Below, piece by piece: positions 1-10,103 of a stretch of 64,000 nucleotides of DNA. Position numbers and translations under genes: made by a program. A model generated the notes under the pieces. That model saw nothing but the letters and a program-made list of their open reading frames with translations. It was not told where the DNA came from and made no database searches. The stretch covers positions 96,001 through 160,000 of the forward strand of contig CAVWFS010000008.1 in NCBI GenBank assembly GCA_963754315.1, read 5' to 3'. How positions within the stretch are numbered: position 1 is the first letter of the stretch; each line of letters begins with the position of its first letter. Origin of the DNA: an uncultured Candidatus Rokubacteria bacterium (GTDB taxonomy: Bacteria; Methylomirabilota; Methylomirabilia; Rokubacteriales; CSP1-6).

Positions 1-2
1 GG

Positions 3-545
3 AGCCGCGTCGAATACGACCGCCTCGTCGATCTCGGCGTCTTTGCGGGGGAGCCCCTCGAGCTCATCGGCGGCCAGCTCATGGTGGCTGAGCCGCAGGG
101 CGCGTATCACGTCTCGGCGATCGGCACCGCCGACTACGCGTTGCGGGCGGTCCTTCCCGCGGGCTGGATCGTGCGCACCCAGGCGCCCGTGGCGCTCGAC
201 GACGAATCGGAGCCCGAGCCGGATCTGGCTGTGGTCCCGGGTCGCCCCGCCGACTATCGGGCGGCGCACCCGAACCGTCCCGCACTCGCCATCGAAGTGG
301 CCGATTCCAGCCTCGGCTTCGACCGCCGGCAGAAGGGCAGCCTCTACGCGCGGGCCGGCATCCAGGACTACTGGATCGTGAACCTCGTCGATCGGGTGCT
401 CGAGGTCTACCGGGATCCTGCGCCGGACCCGGCCGCAGCGTATGGTTGGCGCTACCGCTCGGTCACGACCTTGGTGCCGCCGGCCATCGTCGTGCCTCTC
501 GCCTTCGCGTCCAGCCAGATCGTCGTCGCCGACCTGCTGCCGTAG
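3..545 (+). CDS. Uma2/DUF820 family PD-(D/E)XK endonuclease-like protein (5' partial)
   Basis: Frame is open from the window edge (SRVEYDRLVDLGVF...ELIGG). Contains EPEPDLAVV, IEVADSS and KGSLYARAGIQDYWIVNL motifs. Confidence 0.9.
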   Translation, partial: SRVEYDRLVDLGVFAGEPLELIGGQLMVAEPQGAYHVSAIGTADYALRAVLPAGWIVRTQAPVALDDESEPEPDLAVVPGRPADYRAAHPNRPALAIEVADSSLGFDRRQKGSLYARAGIQDYWIVNLVDRVLEVYRDPAPDPAAAYGWRYRSVTTLVPPAIVVPLAFASSQIVVADLLP

Positions 546-618
546 CGGCGGCGCCTACTGCCGGACGTACACGGCGCCGGGCTCATCGCTGGCCCGTGTT
601 CGTCATAGTCGGAGACAC

Positions 619-1966
619 ATGGTGGTGAAGCCGCTGCCGCGAGGACCCAAAGGGCGCTTTCTGCTCGGAAGCGGCCCTGCCCTCGCCCGCGATCAGCTGG
701 GCTTCTACGTCGCGTGCGCACGCGAATACGGCGACGTCGTCCCGGTGCGCCTGGGGCCGCGGCGGGCGCTCCTGATCTATCACCCGGACGCCATCGAGGA
801 CGTGTTGGTGACGCGGAGCCGCGATTTCATCAAGAGTCCCGGTGTTCGCCTGCTGGGTTGGCTCCTGGGAGAGGGGCTCCTGCTCTCCGAGGGCGACTTC
901 TGGCTACGCCAGCGGCGTCTCGTGCAGCCGGCCTTCCACCGCCAGCGCTTGGCGGCGTACGGCGAGGTCATGACGGCGTACACCTCACGCCGGGTTGACG
1001 CCTGGAAGGACGGCGACGTGCGCGACGTCCACATGGAGATGATGGCCCTCACTCAGGCGATCGTGGCCAAGACTCTCTTCGATGCCGACATCGCCGACGC
1101 GAGCGAGAGCCATGCTATCGGGCAGGCCTCGAAGGTCCTGATGGAGGACTTCGGCATCCGCGTGGGCAGCGCTCTGCAGCTCATCCCTCGCTGGGTGCCA
1201 ACACCGGCCAACCTGAGAACACGCCGGGCCATCCGACGCCTTGACCAGGTTGTCTACCGCATGATCGCCGCCCGGCGGCGGAGCGACGAGGACCGCGGCG
1301 ACCTGCTCTCCATCCTCTTACACGCGCAGGATGCCGACGACGGAAGCCGGATGACCAACCGTCAGGTCCGCGACGAGGTCATGACTCTCTTCATGGCTGG
1401 GCACGAGACCACGGCGGTGGCGCTCTCCTGGACTTGGTATCTGCTCGCCCACCATCCGGAGGCCGATGCGAAGCTCGCCGCGGAACTAGCAGACAGTCGT
1501 CGGCGATCGAAATCTTACGGTGGCTGACCTCCCGAAGCTCACCTACGCCGAGATGATCGTGACCGAATCGATGCGGCTCTACCCGCCGGCTTATGCCATG
1601 GGGCGTCAGGCGACGAGGCAGACGGAAATCGGCGGATATGCCGTCGCGCCCGGCACGATTGTGATCCTGCCGACATGGGTGGTGCATCGCGATCCGCGCT
1701 GGTACGAGGCACCCGAGGCGTTCCGTCCCGAGCGCTGGGCCGACGACCCGGGCCGACGGCTGCCACGCTTCGCCTACTTTCCGTTCGGGGGCGGACCGCG
1801 CCAGTGCATCGGCAACGGGTTCGCAATGATGGAAGCAATCTTGGTCCTGGCCACGATCGCCCGTCGCTTCCGGCTCACGATGGAACCTGGCCAGCGCATC
1901 ACGCCCACGCCCTACGTGACGGTGCGTCCCGAGCCGGGCCTGCGCATGCGACTAGCGCTCCGGTGA
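619..1966 (+). CDS. Cytochrome P450, one +1 frameshift near 1488
   Basis: AGHETT I-helix in ORF 442..1527. ExxR (ESMR), PERW and heme motif FGGGPRQCIG in ORF 1520..1966. Removing one base at about 1488 gives continuous ELQTVVGDRNLTVADLPKL. ATG 619 follows GGAG. Confidence 0.9.
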
Positions 1967-1998
1967 CGGATGGCGACGATTTCCACCTCCGCGGCCGG

Positions 1999-2283
1999 TC
2001 ACGACCCTGGCGCCGTCTCATACGGCTCGTCGGTCCGCGGAGCGTTGGGCGCTTGCTCATCGAGTGACTGACGATACCGCACGCAGCCTCGTATGAACTC
2101 TGGCCATTCAGGCACGACAGGTAGAGGATCTGTCCTTTCGGGCAGAAGACCCCACAGTGAAGGATGGTGCCAACAGAGTTGATGGCGGCTGCTGTCGCGA
2201 TGCTCACGGATGCCTTTCCGCAGTTTCTTCACGTGGGCAATGAGCTCTTCACGTGTCATCTGGTCAAGGTCGGTGTCTATCAT
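1999..2283 (-). CDS. Small hypothetical protein (94 aa)
   Basis: MIDTDLDQMTREELIAHVKKLRKGIREHRDSSRHQLCWHHPSLWGLLPE; GGAG upstream of the ATG; protein-like composition. Confidence 0.7.
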   Translation of the reverse strand: MIDTDLDQMTREELIAHVKKLRKGIREHRDSSRHQLCWHHPSLWGLLPERTDPLPVVPEWPEFIRGCVRYRQSLDEQAPNAPRTDEPYETAPGS

Positions 2284-2348
2284 CGCTCCAGCATCCTCTC
2301 CATCAGGGACTGCCGACCGGGCTGAGCCACCCAGTCGACGGCGCCGCG

Positions 2349-3098
2349 TCAGTGGACGACGGAGCCGCCGTCCACGGCGATGGTCTGCCCGGTGATGAAG
2401 TCGCTGTCGTCGGAAGCCAGAAAGACGATGGTGCCTACCAGGTCGGCCGGGACCTGAGCCCGCTTGAGCATCCGCATCCGGATGTTCCCCTCCTTCTGCT
2501 CGGCCGAGCTGTTCTTCTCGTTCTCCCCGCTCAAGGTGAAGCCTGGGGCCACCGCGGTCACCCGAATCCCGAAGTCTCCGAGCTCGCGGGCCAGCGAGCG
2601 GGTGAACCCGACCACACCGCCCTTGGACGTCGTGTAGTGGATGAAGTTTGGCACCCCCCTGAAGAAGGTGCTGGAGGCGATGTTGATGATCTTGCCCTTG
2701 CCCTGGGCCTTCATGGCCGGGAAGACAGCCCGCGCGCACAGGAAGAGGCCTCGCAGGTTGACCGCCATCACCCGATCCCACTCCGCCACCGGGATCTCCA
2801 TGAACGACCGGCGCTGAAGGGTCCCGTAGATGGCGGCATTGTTCACGAGCACATCGATGCGACCGAACCGCTGGACGGCCTCCATGGCCAGCCGCAACGT
2901 CTCGTCCTCGCGAGACACGTCGCAGATGACACCGAGGGCCTGCCCGCCTCGGGCCTCGACCTCCTTGACCGTCGGCTGCGGATCAGCGATATCCGCCACG
3001 ACCACGTGCGCGCCCTCCGCGGCCAGCCCGAGCGCGTAGGCGCGGCCGATGCCCAACCCGCCTCCGGTGACAATGACGACCTTGTCTGTCAGTCGCAT
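2349..3098 (-). CDS. Short-chain dehydrogenase/reductase
   Basis: TGGGLGIG, NNAA and YTTSK (YxxxK) motifs. Confidence 0.93.
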   Translation of the reverse strand: MRLTDKVVIVTGGGLGIGRAYALGLAAEGAHVVVADIADPQPTVKEVEARGGQALGVICDVSREDETLRLAMEAVQRFGRIDVLVNNAAIYGTLQRRSFMEIPVAEWDRVMAVNLRGLFLCARAVFPAMKAQGKGKIINIASSTFFRGVPNFIHYTTSKGGVVGFTRSLARELGDFGIRVTAVAPGFTLSGENEKNSSAEQKEGNIRMRMLKRAQVPADLVGTIVFLASDDSDFITGQTIAVDGGSVVH

Positions 3099-3133
3099 GG
3101 GTCCCCTCCCACAGTCCCTGGAGCTTGCGTCAA

Positions 3134-3880
3134 TCAGTGATCGCGTTCAGGCTGCCGAACGGTCGCCTTCTGCAGCAACTCGTCGTAGAAGCTGGCCAAG
3201 GTCTCCAGCATCGGGGTGGCCGTGCCGGAGAACGACGAGCCATGCATCACGGCCAAGGTGCTGGGCTCGAGCCTGGCCAGTCGGCGGATGGTGGCGCCCG
3301 TCGCCGGTGTGACCGCGGTGTAGCCGAACTGCTTCTCTGCCTCGATCGCCGGACCGATGAGGTCGCCCGCGGTCACCGCGGGAGGATTGCCCACGTGCGT
3401 GAAGAGGTCGCTCGTGAACAGCGTTCCCGTGATCTCCTCGTAGAGCAGCCCCGCGTCCCAGCAGTGCGGCACGTGCGGGGTGTCCAGGCGCCGCACCCGG
3501 CGGCCGCCGAGGTCGAGCACTTCGCCGTCGGCCAGCGCGCGTGGTGGCCGCGGGGACTGGTCGTTGAGCCAGATGGCGCAGCCGATGGCCCCGTGGGTGA
3601 CGGTGGCGGTGGGCGCGGCGTCGAGCCATTCGCCGAGGGCGCCACACTCGTCGGACTCGATGTGGCTGAAGGCGATCCAACGCAGGCGGCGCAGATCCAT
3701 GATGCTGGCGGCGGCTTGGGAAACAGTCGGGAACAGGGCTCGCTGGCCGCAGTGGAACAGCAGCGGCTCCTCGGCGTCCACCAGGAACTGGTTGAAGGTG
3801 AAGCCGCGCGGCCCCACGGCGGGCAGGAACGTCGAGAGCCGGTAGATGCGCTCGGCGATCTCGTCGACTTTGGTGTCCAT
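3134..3880 (-). CDS. Metallo-beta-lactamase-fold protein, stand-alone flavodiiron-type di-iron domain
   Basis: HIESDECG (HxExD), PHVPH, SDLF and MHG ligands; no flavodoxin domain. Confidence 0.85.
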   Translation of the reverse strand: MDTKVDEIAERIYRLSTFLPAVGPRGFTFNQFLVDAEEPLLFHCGQRALFPTVSQAAASIMDLRRLRWIAFSHIESDECGALGEWLDAAPTATVTHGAIGCAIWLNDQSPRPPRALADGEVLDLGGRRVRRLDTPHVPHCWDAGLLYEEITGTLFTSDLFTHVGNPPAVTAGDLIGPAIEAEKQFGYTAVTPATGATIRRLARLEPSTLAVMHGSSFSGTATPMLETLASFYDELLQKATVRQPERDH

Positions 3881-3946
3881 CCCGACCTCCGGCGCAATTA
3901 TAGTCGCTGCCTGGATCGACTGGTAAACTGGTACCGAGGTCGAGTC

Positions 3947-6364
3947 ATGACATCCCGCGAGCCCTCGACGGATGTTCGCGCTACCTTAGCGGCCCACGCG
4001 GCAAGCTTTCCGTTCTCCTGCGAGCTGAGCCTGCGTCCGCTGGCTGCCTTCTGGGAGTCGCTGATGGCGCGCAACGACGCGGTCTTCGGGCCGCTGGGCC
4101 GCCACATTCGGACGGGCCTGCTGGAGGCCCCAGAGTTGCTGGAGCCCATCGAGGACCTCGCCCTGCTCGGACGGCATCGCGCGCTCGTCGAGTCGATGAT
4201 GGCCGCCGTGTTCTCACCCGCCACCTGGGAGGGAGAGTACGCGGCCGCCCTCATGCCCTTCCGCATGCGGAGCTTCTACGGTACGCCGGCCTTCGACCGG
4301 TCGCTGCGGGGACCGGACGGCGTGCTCAAGGGGAGCGTCAACGTCGACGAGAGCACGGCGGTGAGTGTTCACGTCCTGAGCGCCTACGAGATCGTGCTGC
4401 GTCAGATCTACGGGATCGAGCTCGGCCTCGACTATCCCATCGTGCTCTCCGTCCCCTGGCCTCTGGTGGGGTTCAAGCGCCACTTCAAGCTGGTCTTCGA
4501 TCCGCGTTTCATCGAGGTGCGCACGCGGGGGGCGGTGCCGCCCTTGCCACCGAACGCGGCGGAGTGGATCCGCGAGACGCTGCTCGAGCGAGGCCCCCTC
4601 GACGCGATCATTCCCGCCGACCAGTTCGTGATCTCCGGGTTTGCCGTGCTCCGGGCGTTCGACGTGACCGACCACGAGGTGCTCTCCACGCTCAAGCGTG
4701 ATCTCATCGAGCGGGAGTCGATCGTCTCCAACGCGCGCTTTCAGGCCCTGCAGGACAAGCTGCGCATTCTCTTTCGTCGTCCCGAGCTGCAATTCGGTCT
4801 GGCCGCCATCGAGGGGGACCGGGTGCTCTACCTCAACCATGGTGCCCGCACGGATCAGGCATGCCTCTTCGCCAACTCCGTTCATCACCGGCGCCAGGAT
4901 TTTGCGGGAACGGTTTACGAGCGCGCCGTGAACGAGGGCCGACCGGTCATTGTGCGTGATTTGACGACGCAGCTGCGCCGCACTCCCCTCGAGGAGCTTG
5001 CCCTCCAGCACGGCGTGCGGGCGCTGCTGGTGGCCCCCCTCTACTATCAGGACGAGCTCATCGGCACCATTGCGCTCAAGTCACCGCGCCCGGGGGATTT
5101 CGACGCGACTCACTTGCCCGTCCTCAACGAGGTCCTGCCGCTCTTCTCGATGGCCGTGAAGCGCAGCGTCGACGAGCTGGAGGGGCGGATTCAGGCCTTC
5201 ATCAAGGAGAAGTGCACGGCCATCCACCCCGTGGTCGAGTGGCGCTTCCGCCAGGCGGTACTCCACGGGTTCGAGCATCAGGAACCGGGGACTGACGGCT
5301 TCCCCGCCGAGATGGAGCCGATCATCTTCCAGGAGGTGTACCCGCTCTACGCGCTCGCCGATATTCGTGGCTCGGCGACCGAGCGCGCTCGGGCCATCCA
5401 GTCCGATTTGTTCGCCCAGCTGGCCCTGGCCGGGGACGTGCTCCAGGCTGCCCACGACGTGCGGCAGCTCCCTGTCCTCGACCACTTGGCGCACCGTGTG
5501 CTCGGTCAGCGGGCCCGGGTCGAGGTCTCGCTGGGGACAGGTGACGAGACCGGCATCATCACGTTCCTGCGCCGGGAAATCGAGCCCCTCTTCGACCATC
5601 TGCAGACCTTTGGCGGACGCGTGCCCGAGCGTATCGACGCCTACCGACGGGCCCTCGACCCCACCCTGGGTGTGGTGTACGTGCGTCGCAAGGCGTTCGA
5701 GGAGAGCGTCACCGCTATTAGCGATGAGATCTCCGCCTACCTGGATCTGGAGGAACAGGCGGCCCAGGGCATGTTCCCCCACTACTTCGAGAAGCAGAAG
5801 ACCGACGGCGTGGACTACACCATCTACCTGGGTGCCTCCCTGCGCGAGGACTCGACGTTTGATCCGCTCTACCTTCGCAACATGCGCCTGTGGCAGCTCA
5901 TGGTCGCCTGCGGCATCGCCGCCCGCGTGGACCGGCTCAAAGCGCGACTGCCGGTCGCGCTTGACACCACGAACCTCATCCTCGTTCAGCACACGCCCCT
6001 GGCCATCCGCTTCCGGTTCGACGAAAAGCGCTTTGACGTGGACGGCGCCTACAACGCCCGCTACGAGATCATCAAGCGACGAATCGACAAGGCGTTGATC
6101 CAGGGGACGACGGAGCGGCTGACCCAGCCGGGTCGGATCGCTATCGTGTACTCACAACGGGGCGAGGGCGCCGAGTACCGCGACTACCTCGAGTACCTTC
6201 AGCAGCTCGGCTATCTCGGATCCGTCATCGAGGATCTGGAGGTGGAGGCCGTCCCCGGCTCGCCGAGCATGCGCGCCCTGCGGGTCGAAATCGACCTGGC
6301 GCGCTTTCCCGCCGACGGTCCGAGATCTTCGGCGATCGACGTGCTCGCTACCGCCGCTGGCTAG
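3947..6364 (+). CDS. GAF-domain protein (about 805 aa) with a putative divergent class III nucleotide cyclase C-terminus
   Basis: GAF signature GVRALLVAPLYYQDELIGTIAL. The upstream part of ORF 3125 is antisense shadow of the MBL gene, so the start is taken at ATG 3947. Confidence 0.8.
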   Translation: MTSREPSTDVRATLAAHAASFPFSCELSLRPLAAFWESLMARNDAVFGPLGRHIRTGLLEAPELLEPIEDLALLGRHRALVESMMAAVFSPATWEGEYAAALMPFRMRSFYGTPAFDRSLRGPDGVLKGSVNVDESTAVSVHVLSAYEIVLRQIYGIELGLDYPIVLSVPWPLVGFKRHFKLVFDPRFIEVRTRGAVPPLPPNAAEWIRETLLERGPLDAIIPADQFVISGFAVLRAFDVTDHEVLSTLKRDLIERESIVSNARFQALQDKLRILFRRPELQFGLAAIEGDRVLYLNHGARTDQACLFANSVHHRRQDFAGTVYERAVNEGRPVIVRDLTTQLRRTPLEELALQHGVRALLVAPLYYQDELIGTIALKSPRPGDFDATHLPVLNEVLPLFSMAVKRSVDELEGRIQAFIKEKCTAIHPVVEWRFRQAVLHGFEHQEPGTDGFPAEMEPIIFQEVYPLYALADIRGSATERARAIQSDLFAQLALAGDVLQAAHDVRQLPVLDHLAHRVLGQRARVEVSLGTGDETGIITFLRREIEPLFDHLQTFGGRVPERIDAYRRALDPTLGVVYVRRKAFEESVTAISDEISAYLDLEEQAAQGMFPHYFEKQKTDGVDYTIYLGASLREDSTFDPLYLRNMRLWQLMVACGIAARVDRLKARLPVALDTTNLILVQHTPLAIRFRFDEKRFDVDGAYNARYEIIKRRIDKALIQGTTERLTQPGRIAIVYSQRGEGAEYRDYLEYLQQLGYLGSVIEDLEVEAVPGSPSMRALRVEIDLARFPADGPRSSAIDVLATAAG

Positions 6365-6367
6365 ACG

Positions 6368-6991
6368 TTACCCCGAGCGACGCCGGGCCCCGACTCGTTC
6401 CAGGAGCTGCACCAGAACTTCGTAGGGTTGAGCGCCAACCACACCATGGCCGTCGGCCACGAACGTTGGAACGCCGGTCACGCCGTACTCGCGCGATTTC
6501 GCCCAGTCACGGTCGACGGCGTCCTTGAAGCGGCGCTCGCTCAGCACTGCCCGCGCCTCCTCGACGGGAAGCCTGACCGTGTGGGCCAGCTCGAGGAGGA
6601 CCTCGGGGTCGCCAATATTGCGGGCGTCGACGAAGTAGGCTCGGTACAGCGCGTCGTGGAGCGCCGCACCGCCCGGCTGTGTGTCGGCCCACTTCCCGAG
6701 CTCCTGGGCGAGCCGGCTGTTGTAGGTGTGCGTGCGGCGGCCGTAGGGCAGGCCTTCCTGGTCCATGAGGCCCTTCATGCGCGCGTGCATCGCCTCGGGG
6801 TCAAGCTTGCGCTCCGCATAGAACGTGGCCATCTCCCGTCCTTCGGGGGGCGTCTCCGGATGCAGCGGGAAATGGACCAGAACGGGCTCGATGTCATAGG
6901 CCTGCTGGAGCTTCTCAATACGCACGGTACTGAGATAGCACCAGGGTCAGACGTAGTCGGTGAAGATCTCAAACTGCATGGGCTGGGTCAT
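6368..6991 (-). CDS. DsbA/FrnE-family thiol-disulfide oxidoreductase, selenoprotein (UPWC; TGA at 6947-6949)
   Basis: In-frame extension of ORF 6368..6925 reads MTQPMQFEIFTDYV-TGA-PWCYLSTVRIEK. GGAGG precedes the ATG, a cis-Pro loop GVTGVPTF is present, and a hairpin starts 11 nt after the TGA. Confidence 0.88.
6913..6935 (-). promoter_or_regulatory. Putative bacterial SECIS hairpin of the Sec-DsbA gene
   Basis: mRNA UCUCAGUAC-CGUGC-GUAUUGAGA: 9-bp stem (one G-U), G in the loop, 11 nt after UGA. Confidence 0.7.
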
Positions 6992-7044
6992 CGTCATCCT
7001 CCGCACGCGAAATCTCTGCCATATCTTAGAGCATACTGAACGTC

Positions 7045-7830
7045 ATGGGGATGGCTGAGTCCGGTGCTTTGAACGGGAAGGTCGCTCTCATCACGGGCGC
7101 AGCGACCGGCATCGGCCGGGCGAGCGCGTTGCTGTTCGCCCAGGCCGGCGCCAAGGTCGCCCTCGCCGACGTGCGCGCGCCGGAGCTGGCGGTGACGGTC
7201 GAGACCCTCCGCGCGGCCGGCGGTGAGGCGGAGTCGCTGACGGCCGATCTGAGCCGGCCCGCCGATTGCGCGGCGGTCGTGGGGAAGGCGGTGGCAGCAT
7301 TCGGCCGGCTCGACGTGCTTCTCAACAACGCCGGCGTGGGGACGATGGTCGTCGGCGGCACCGTGGAGACCATCGGGCTCGAGCACTGGGATCTCGCCCA
7401 GGACGTCAACGTTCGCGCGATCTACCTGGTCAGCCGGGCGGCGGTGCCGCACATGAAACGCGCGGGCGGGGCCATCGTCAACATCGCGTCGGTGTCCGCC
7501 TTTCGCGGTTCGGTGGAGCGCCCCAGTCATGCGTATGCGGCTTCGAAAGGAGCGGTGTTGGCGCTCACGCGGGCGATGGCGGCGTCGTACGGCCGCGATC
7601 GCATTCGCGTTAATGCCATCTGCCCAGGGACAATCCGTACGCGCCTGACGGCCGATATCGTCGAGCGTGTCGAGACCGCGGCCAAGGAGGGCCGGGGCAT
7701 CCCGCTGGGGCGGGTGGGAGAGCCCGAGGATATTGCCCGCTGCGCGCTCTTCCTCGCCTCCGACGACGCCGCGTTCATCTCGGGGGCCCACATCGTGGTT
7801 GACGGCGGCGCCATGGCCGCCGCGACCTAG
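7045..7830 (+). CDS. Short-chain dehydrogenase/reductase
   Basis: TGAATGIG, NNAG and YAASK motifs; start may be 7051. Confidence 0.93.
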   Translation: MGMAESGALNGKVALITGAATGIGRASALLFAQAGAKVALADVRAPELAVTVETLRAAGGEAESLTADLSRPADCAAVVGKAVAAFGRLDVLLNNAGVGTMVVGGTVETIGLEHWDLAQDVNVRAIYLVSRAAVPHMKRAGGAIVNIASVSAFRGSVERPSHAYAASKGAVLALTRAMAASYGRDRIRVNAICPGTIRTRLTADIVERVETAAKEGRGIPLGRVGEPEDIARCALFLASDDAAFISGAHIVVDGGAMAAAT

Positions 7831-7832
7831 CT

Positions 7833-8765
7833 ATGCCCCCGATGGAACCCATCACGATCAAGTTCGGCGGCTATCAACCGCCGGCGTCGATTCACAATCA
7901 AGCGGCCCGGCGGTTCGGCGAGCTGCTGGCGCAAACGCTGGGCGATCGGATCGCATTCGAGTTGATCGGCAGCGTTCTCGACCTGGGCCGGCCCTCGGGT
8001 GATCTGCCCCTGATGGTGGAGAGTGGCGAGCTGTCGTTCTGCTACATGTCCACCGTGCGTTTTACCGGATGGGTTCCGGAGCTCCAGATTCTGGAGCTTC
8101 CCTTCGTCATCCGCGACCGGGAGACGGCGTGGGCGGCCCTCGACGGTGAACTGGGCGCGCGCTTCACGCGGCGCCTGGAGGCCGCGACACCGTTCCAGGT
8201 GATCGGGCTCTGGGACAACGGATTCCGCCACCTGTCCAATCGCGTCCGGCCTCTTCGTCGGCCCCAGGATTGCCGCGGGCTCACCATCCGCACCCAGATG
8301 AGTGAGCTGCACGGGCAGGTGTTCCGCGCCCTCGGCTTCGAACCGATCGCGGCGGACATCAAGCAGTTCGTGACAGAGATCGCGGGCGGCCGCTTCGACG
8401 CCCAGGATAACCCGCTCACGAACATCTACACGTTCGGCGTGCATCGCCACCATCCCTACATCACGCTGAGCGGTCACTTCTTCGGCGCCAGCTTCATGAT
8501 CGTCAATGCGAGCCACTATCGGAGCTGGCCGCCCGACGTCCAGGCCGCCGTGGATGAGGCGGCACGCGAGGCGACAGCGCTGCAGCGGCGCCTCGCCGCC
8601 TCCGAGGACGAGGACGTTCTGACGAGGCTCGATCCACGCCAGAACGACGTCATCGAGCTCACCGCCGAGGAGCGGGCCGCTTTCGTGGCGGCTGTTCAGC
8701 CCGTGCTCGTCCGAAACCGGCAACGGCTCGATCCGACGCTCTTCGAGCATCTCGAGCGCGGGTGA
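7833..8765 (+). CDS. dctP: TRAP transporter solute-binding protein (DctP family)
   Basis: ELPF, WDNGFRHL, GLTIRT and DAQDNPL motifs. Confidence 0.85.
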   Translation: MPPMEPITIKFGGYQPPASIHNQAARRFGELLAQTLGDRIAFELIGSVLDLGRPSGDLPLMVESGELSFCYMSTVRFTGWVPELQILELPFVIRDRETAWAALDGELGARFTRRLEAATPFQVIGLWDNGFRHLSNRVRPLRRPQDCRGLTIRTQMSELHGQVFRALGFEPIAADIKQFVTEIAGGRFDAQDNPLTNIYTFGVHRHHPYITLSGHFFGASFMIVNASHYRSWPPDVQAAVDEAAREATALQRRLAASEDEDVLTRLDPRQNDVIELTAEERAAFVAAVQPVLVRNRQRLDPTLFEHLERG

Positions 8766-8795
8766 GGGGCACGGCTGCGATATAGTGCGGACAGG

Positions 8796-10052
8796 ATGAT
8801 ATCTCGATCGATCTTCTACGGGTGGTGGGTGGTGGCGGCCTTCTCCGTCATGACGTTCACGTCGACGGGAGTCCGTCACGCGGTGGGGCCATTCCTCAAG
8901 CCGATCGTCGATGATCTCGGCCTCGATCGCGCGAGCTTTTCCGCCGTCATCGCGCTGAGTCTCTTCCTCTACGGCGTGTTCATGCCCCTGGCGGGGTTGG
9001 CGCTCGATCGCTTCAGCGTGCGTCTGGTTACTGCAGTGGGGACGGTGGTTCTGGTGATCTCGCTGATCCTGACCGCCATGGTGCGTACCTTCTGGGAGTT
9101 CGCCGCTGTCTACGGCGTGTTAGTGCCGCTGGGGCTGGCCGGTACGGGGCCGGTGATCGCGTCGGGAGTGGTGGCGCGGTGGTTCAGCCGGCGCCGGGGC
9201 ACGGCGCTCTCCGTCCTCGGGAGCGCGTCGATGACGGGCATGAGCCTGCTCGTGCCCGCCGTGACCTGGCTCATCCTGACCACCGGCTGGCGCCTCACCT
9301 ATGTCCTGATCGCGGGCGTGGTGCTCGCGCTGGTGATGCCGCTTTGCTTGTGGGTGGTGCGAGACTCTCCGGAGTCGATCGGGTTGATGGCCGATGGTGC
9401 CACCATGAAACCCGGCGCGGGCCCCGGCCTCGTCGAGCGGGTCAGTGTCAGCGAAGCCCTGTCGACCTTGGCGTTCTGGCAGCTGGCGGGCTCGTTCTTC
9501 ACCTGCGGCTTCTCGATGAGTCTGCTTTCCGCGCACGGAATCCCGATGCTCACCGACCATGGCTACACGCCGATGTTCGCGTCGTGGGCGCTGGGGGTGC
9601 TGGGCGGCTCGAGTATCGGCTTTACCGTGATGCTCGGGGCCTTGTCCGACCGCCTCGGACGGCGGCCCGTGTTGGCCGCGATCTACGCGGGCCGGGTCCT
9701 CATCTTTGCCGGCTTCTTCCTCATCCGCGACAATCCGGTGGCAATCCTCGCCGTGGCTGTCCTGGGTGGGATCACGATGGCCGGAACCGGCTCGATGACC
9801 TCGGCCCTGACCGCCGATATCTACGGTCGGTTCTCGGTGAGCTCGATCTTCGGCCTCATCTTTCTCGTACACCAGACCGGCGCGGCCCTCGGCTCCGCCT
9901 TGGCCGGTGTGCTGTTCGAGAGGACGGGCGGCTACGGCGCGGCGTTCGCGGTGGCGTGCCTATTCCTGATGGCGGCCGCCCTGGTCGCGCTCAAGATCGA
10001 CAAGGGAGCACGGCGGATCTGGCGCGCCGCCACCGTGTCGGCCACGAACTGA
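8796..10052 (+). CDS. MFS transporter
   Basis: About 12 hydrophobic segments; FYGWWVV start; GALSDRLGRR motif A. Confidence 0.92.
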   Translation: MISRSIFYGWWVVAAFSVMTFTSTGVRHAVGPFLKPIVDDLGLDRASFSAVIALSLFLYGVFMPLAGLALDRFSVRLVTAVGTVVLVISLILTAMVRTFWEFAAVYGVLVPLGLAGTGPVIASGVVARWFSRRRGTALSVLGSASMTGMSLLVPAVTWLILTTGWRLTYVLIAGVVLALVMPLCLWVVRDSPESIGLMADGATMKPGAGPGLVERVSVSEALSTLAFWQLAGSFFTCGFSMSLLSAHGIPMLTDHGYTPMFASWALGVLGGSSIGFTVMLGALSDRLGRRPVLAAIYAGRVLIFAGFFLIRDNPVAILAVAVLGGITMAGTGSMTSALTADIYGRFSVSSIFGLIFLVHQTGAALGSALAGVLFERTGGYGAAFAVACLFLMAAALVALKIDKGARRIWRAATVSATN

Positions 10053-10103
10053 TGGGCTCGATTCGGTAGCGTTCGGCTCGCTGGCAGCCGCCGGATCCCG
10101 GCT

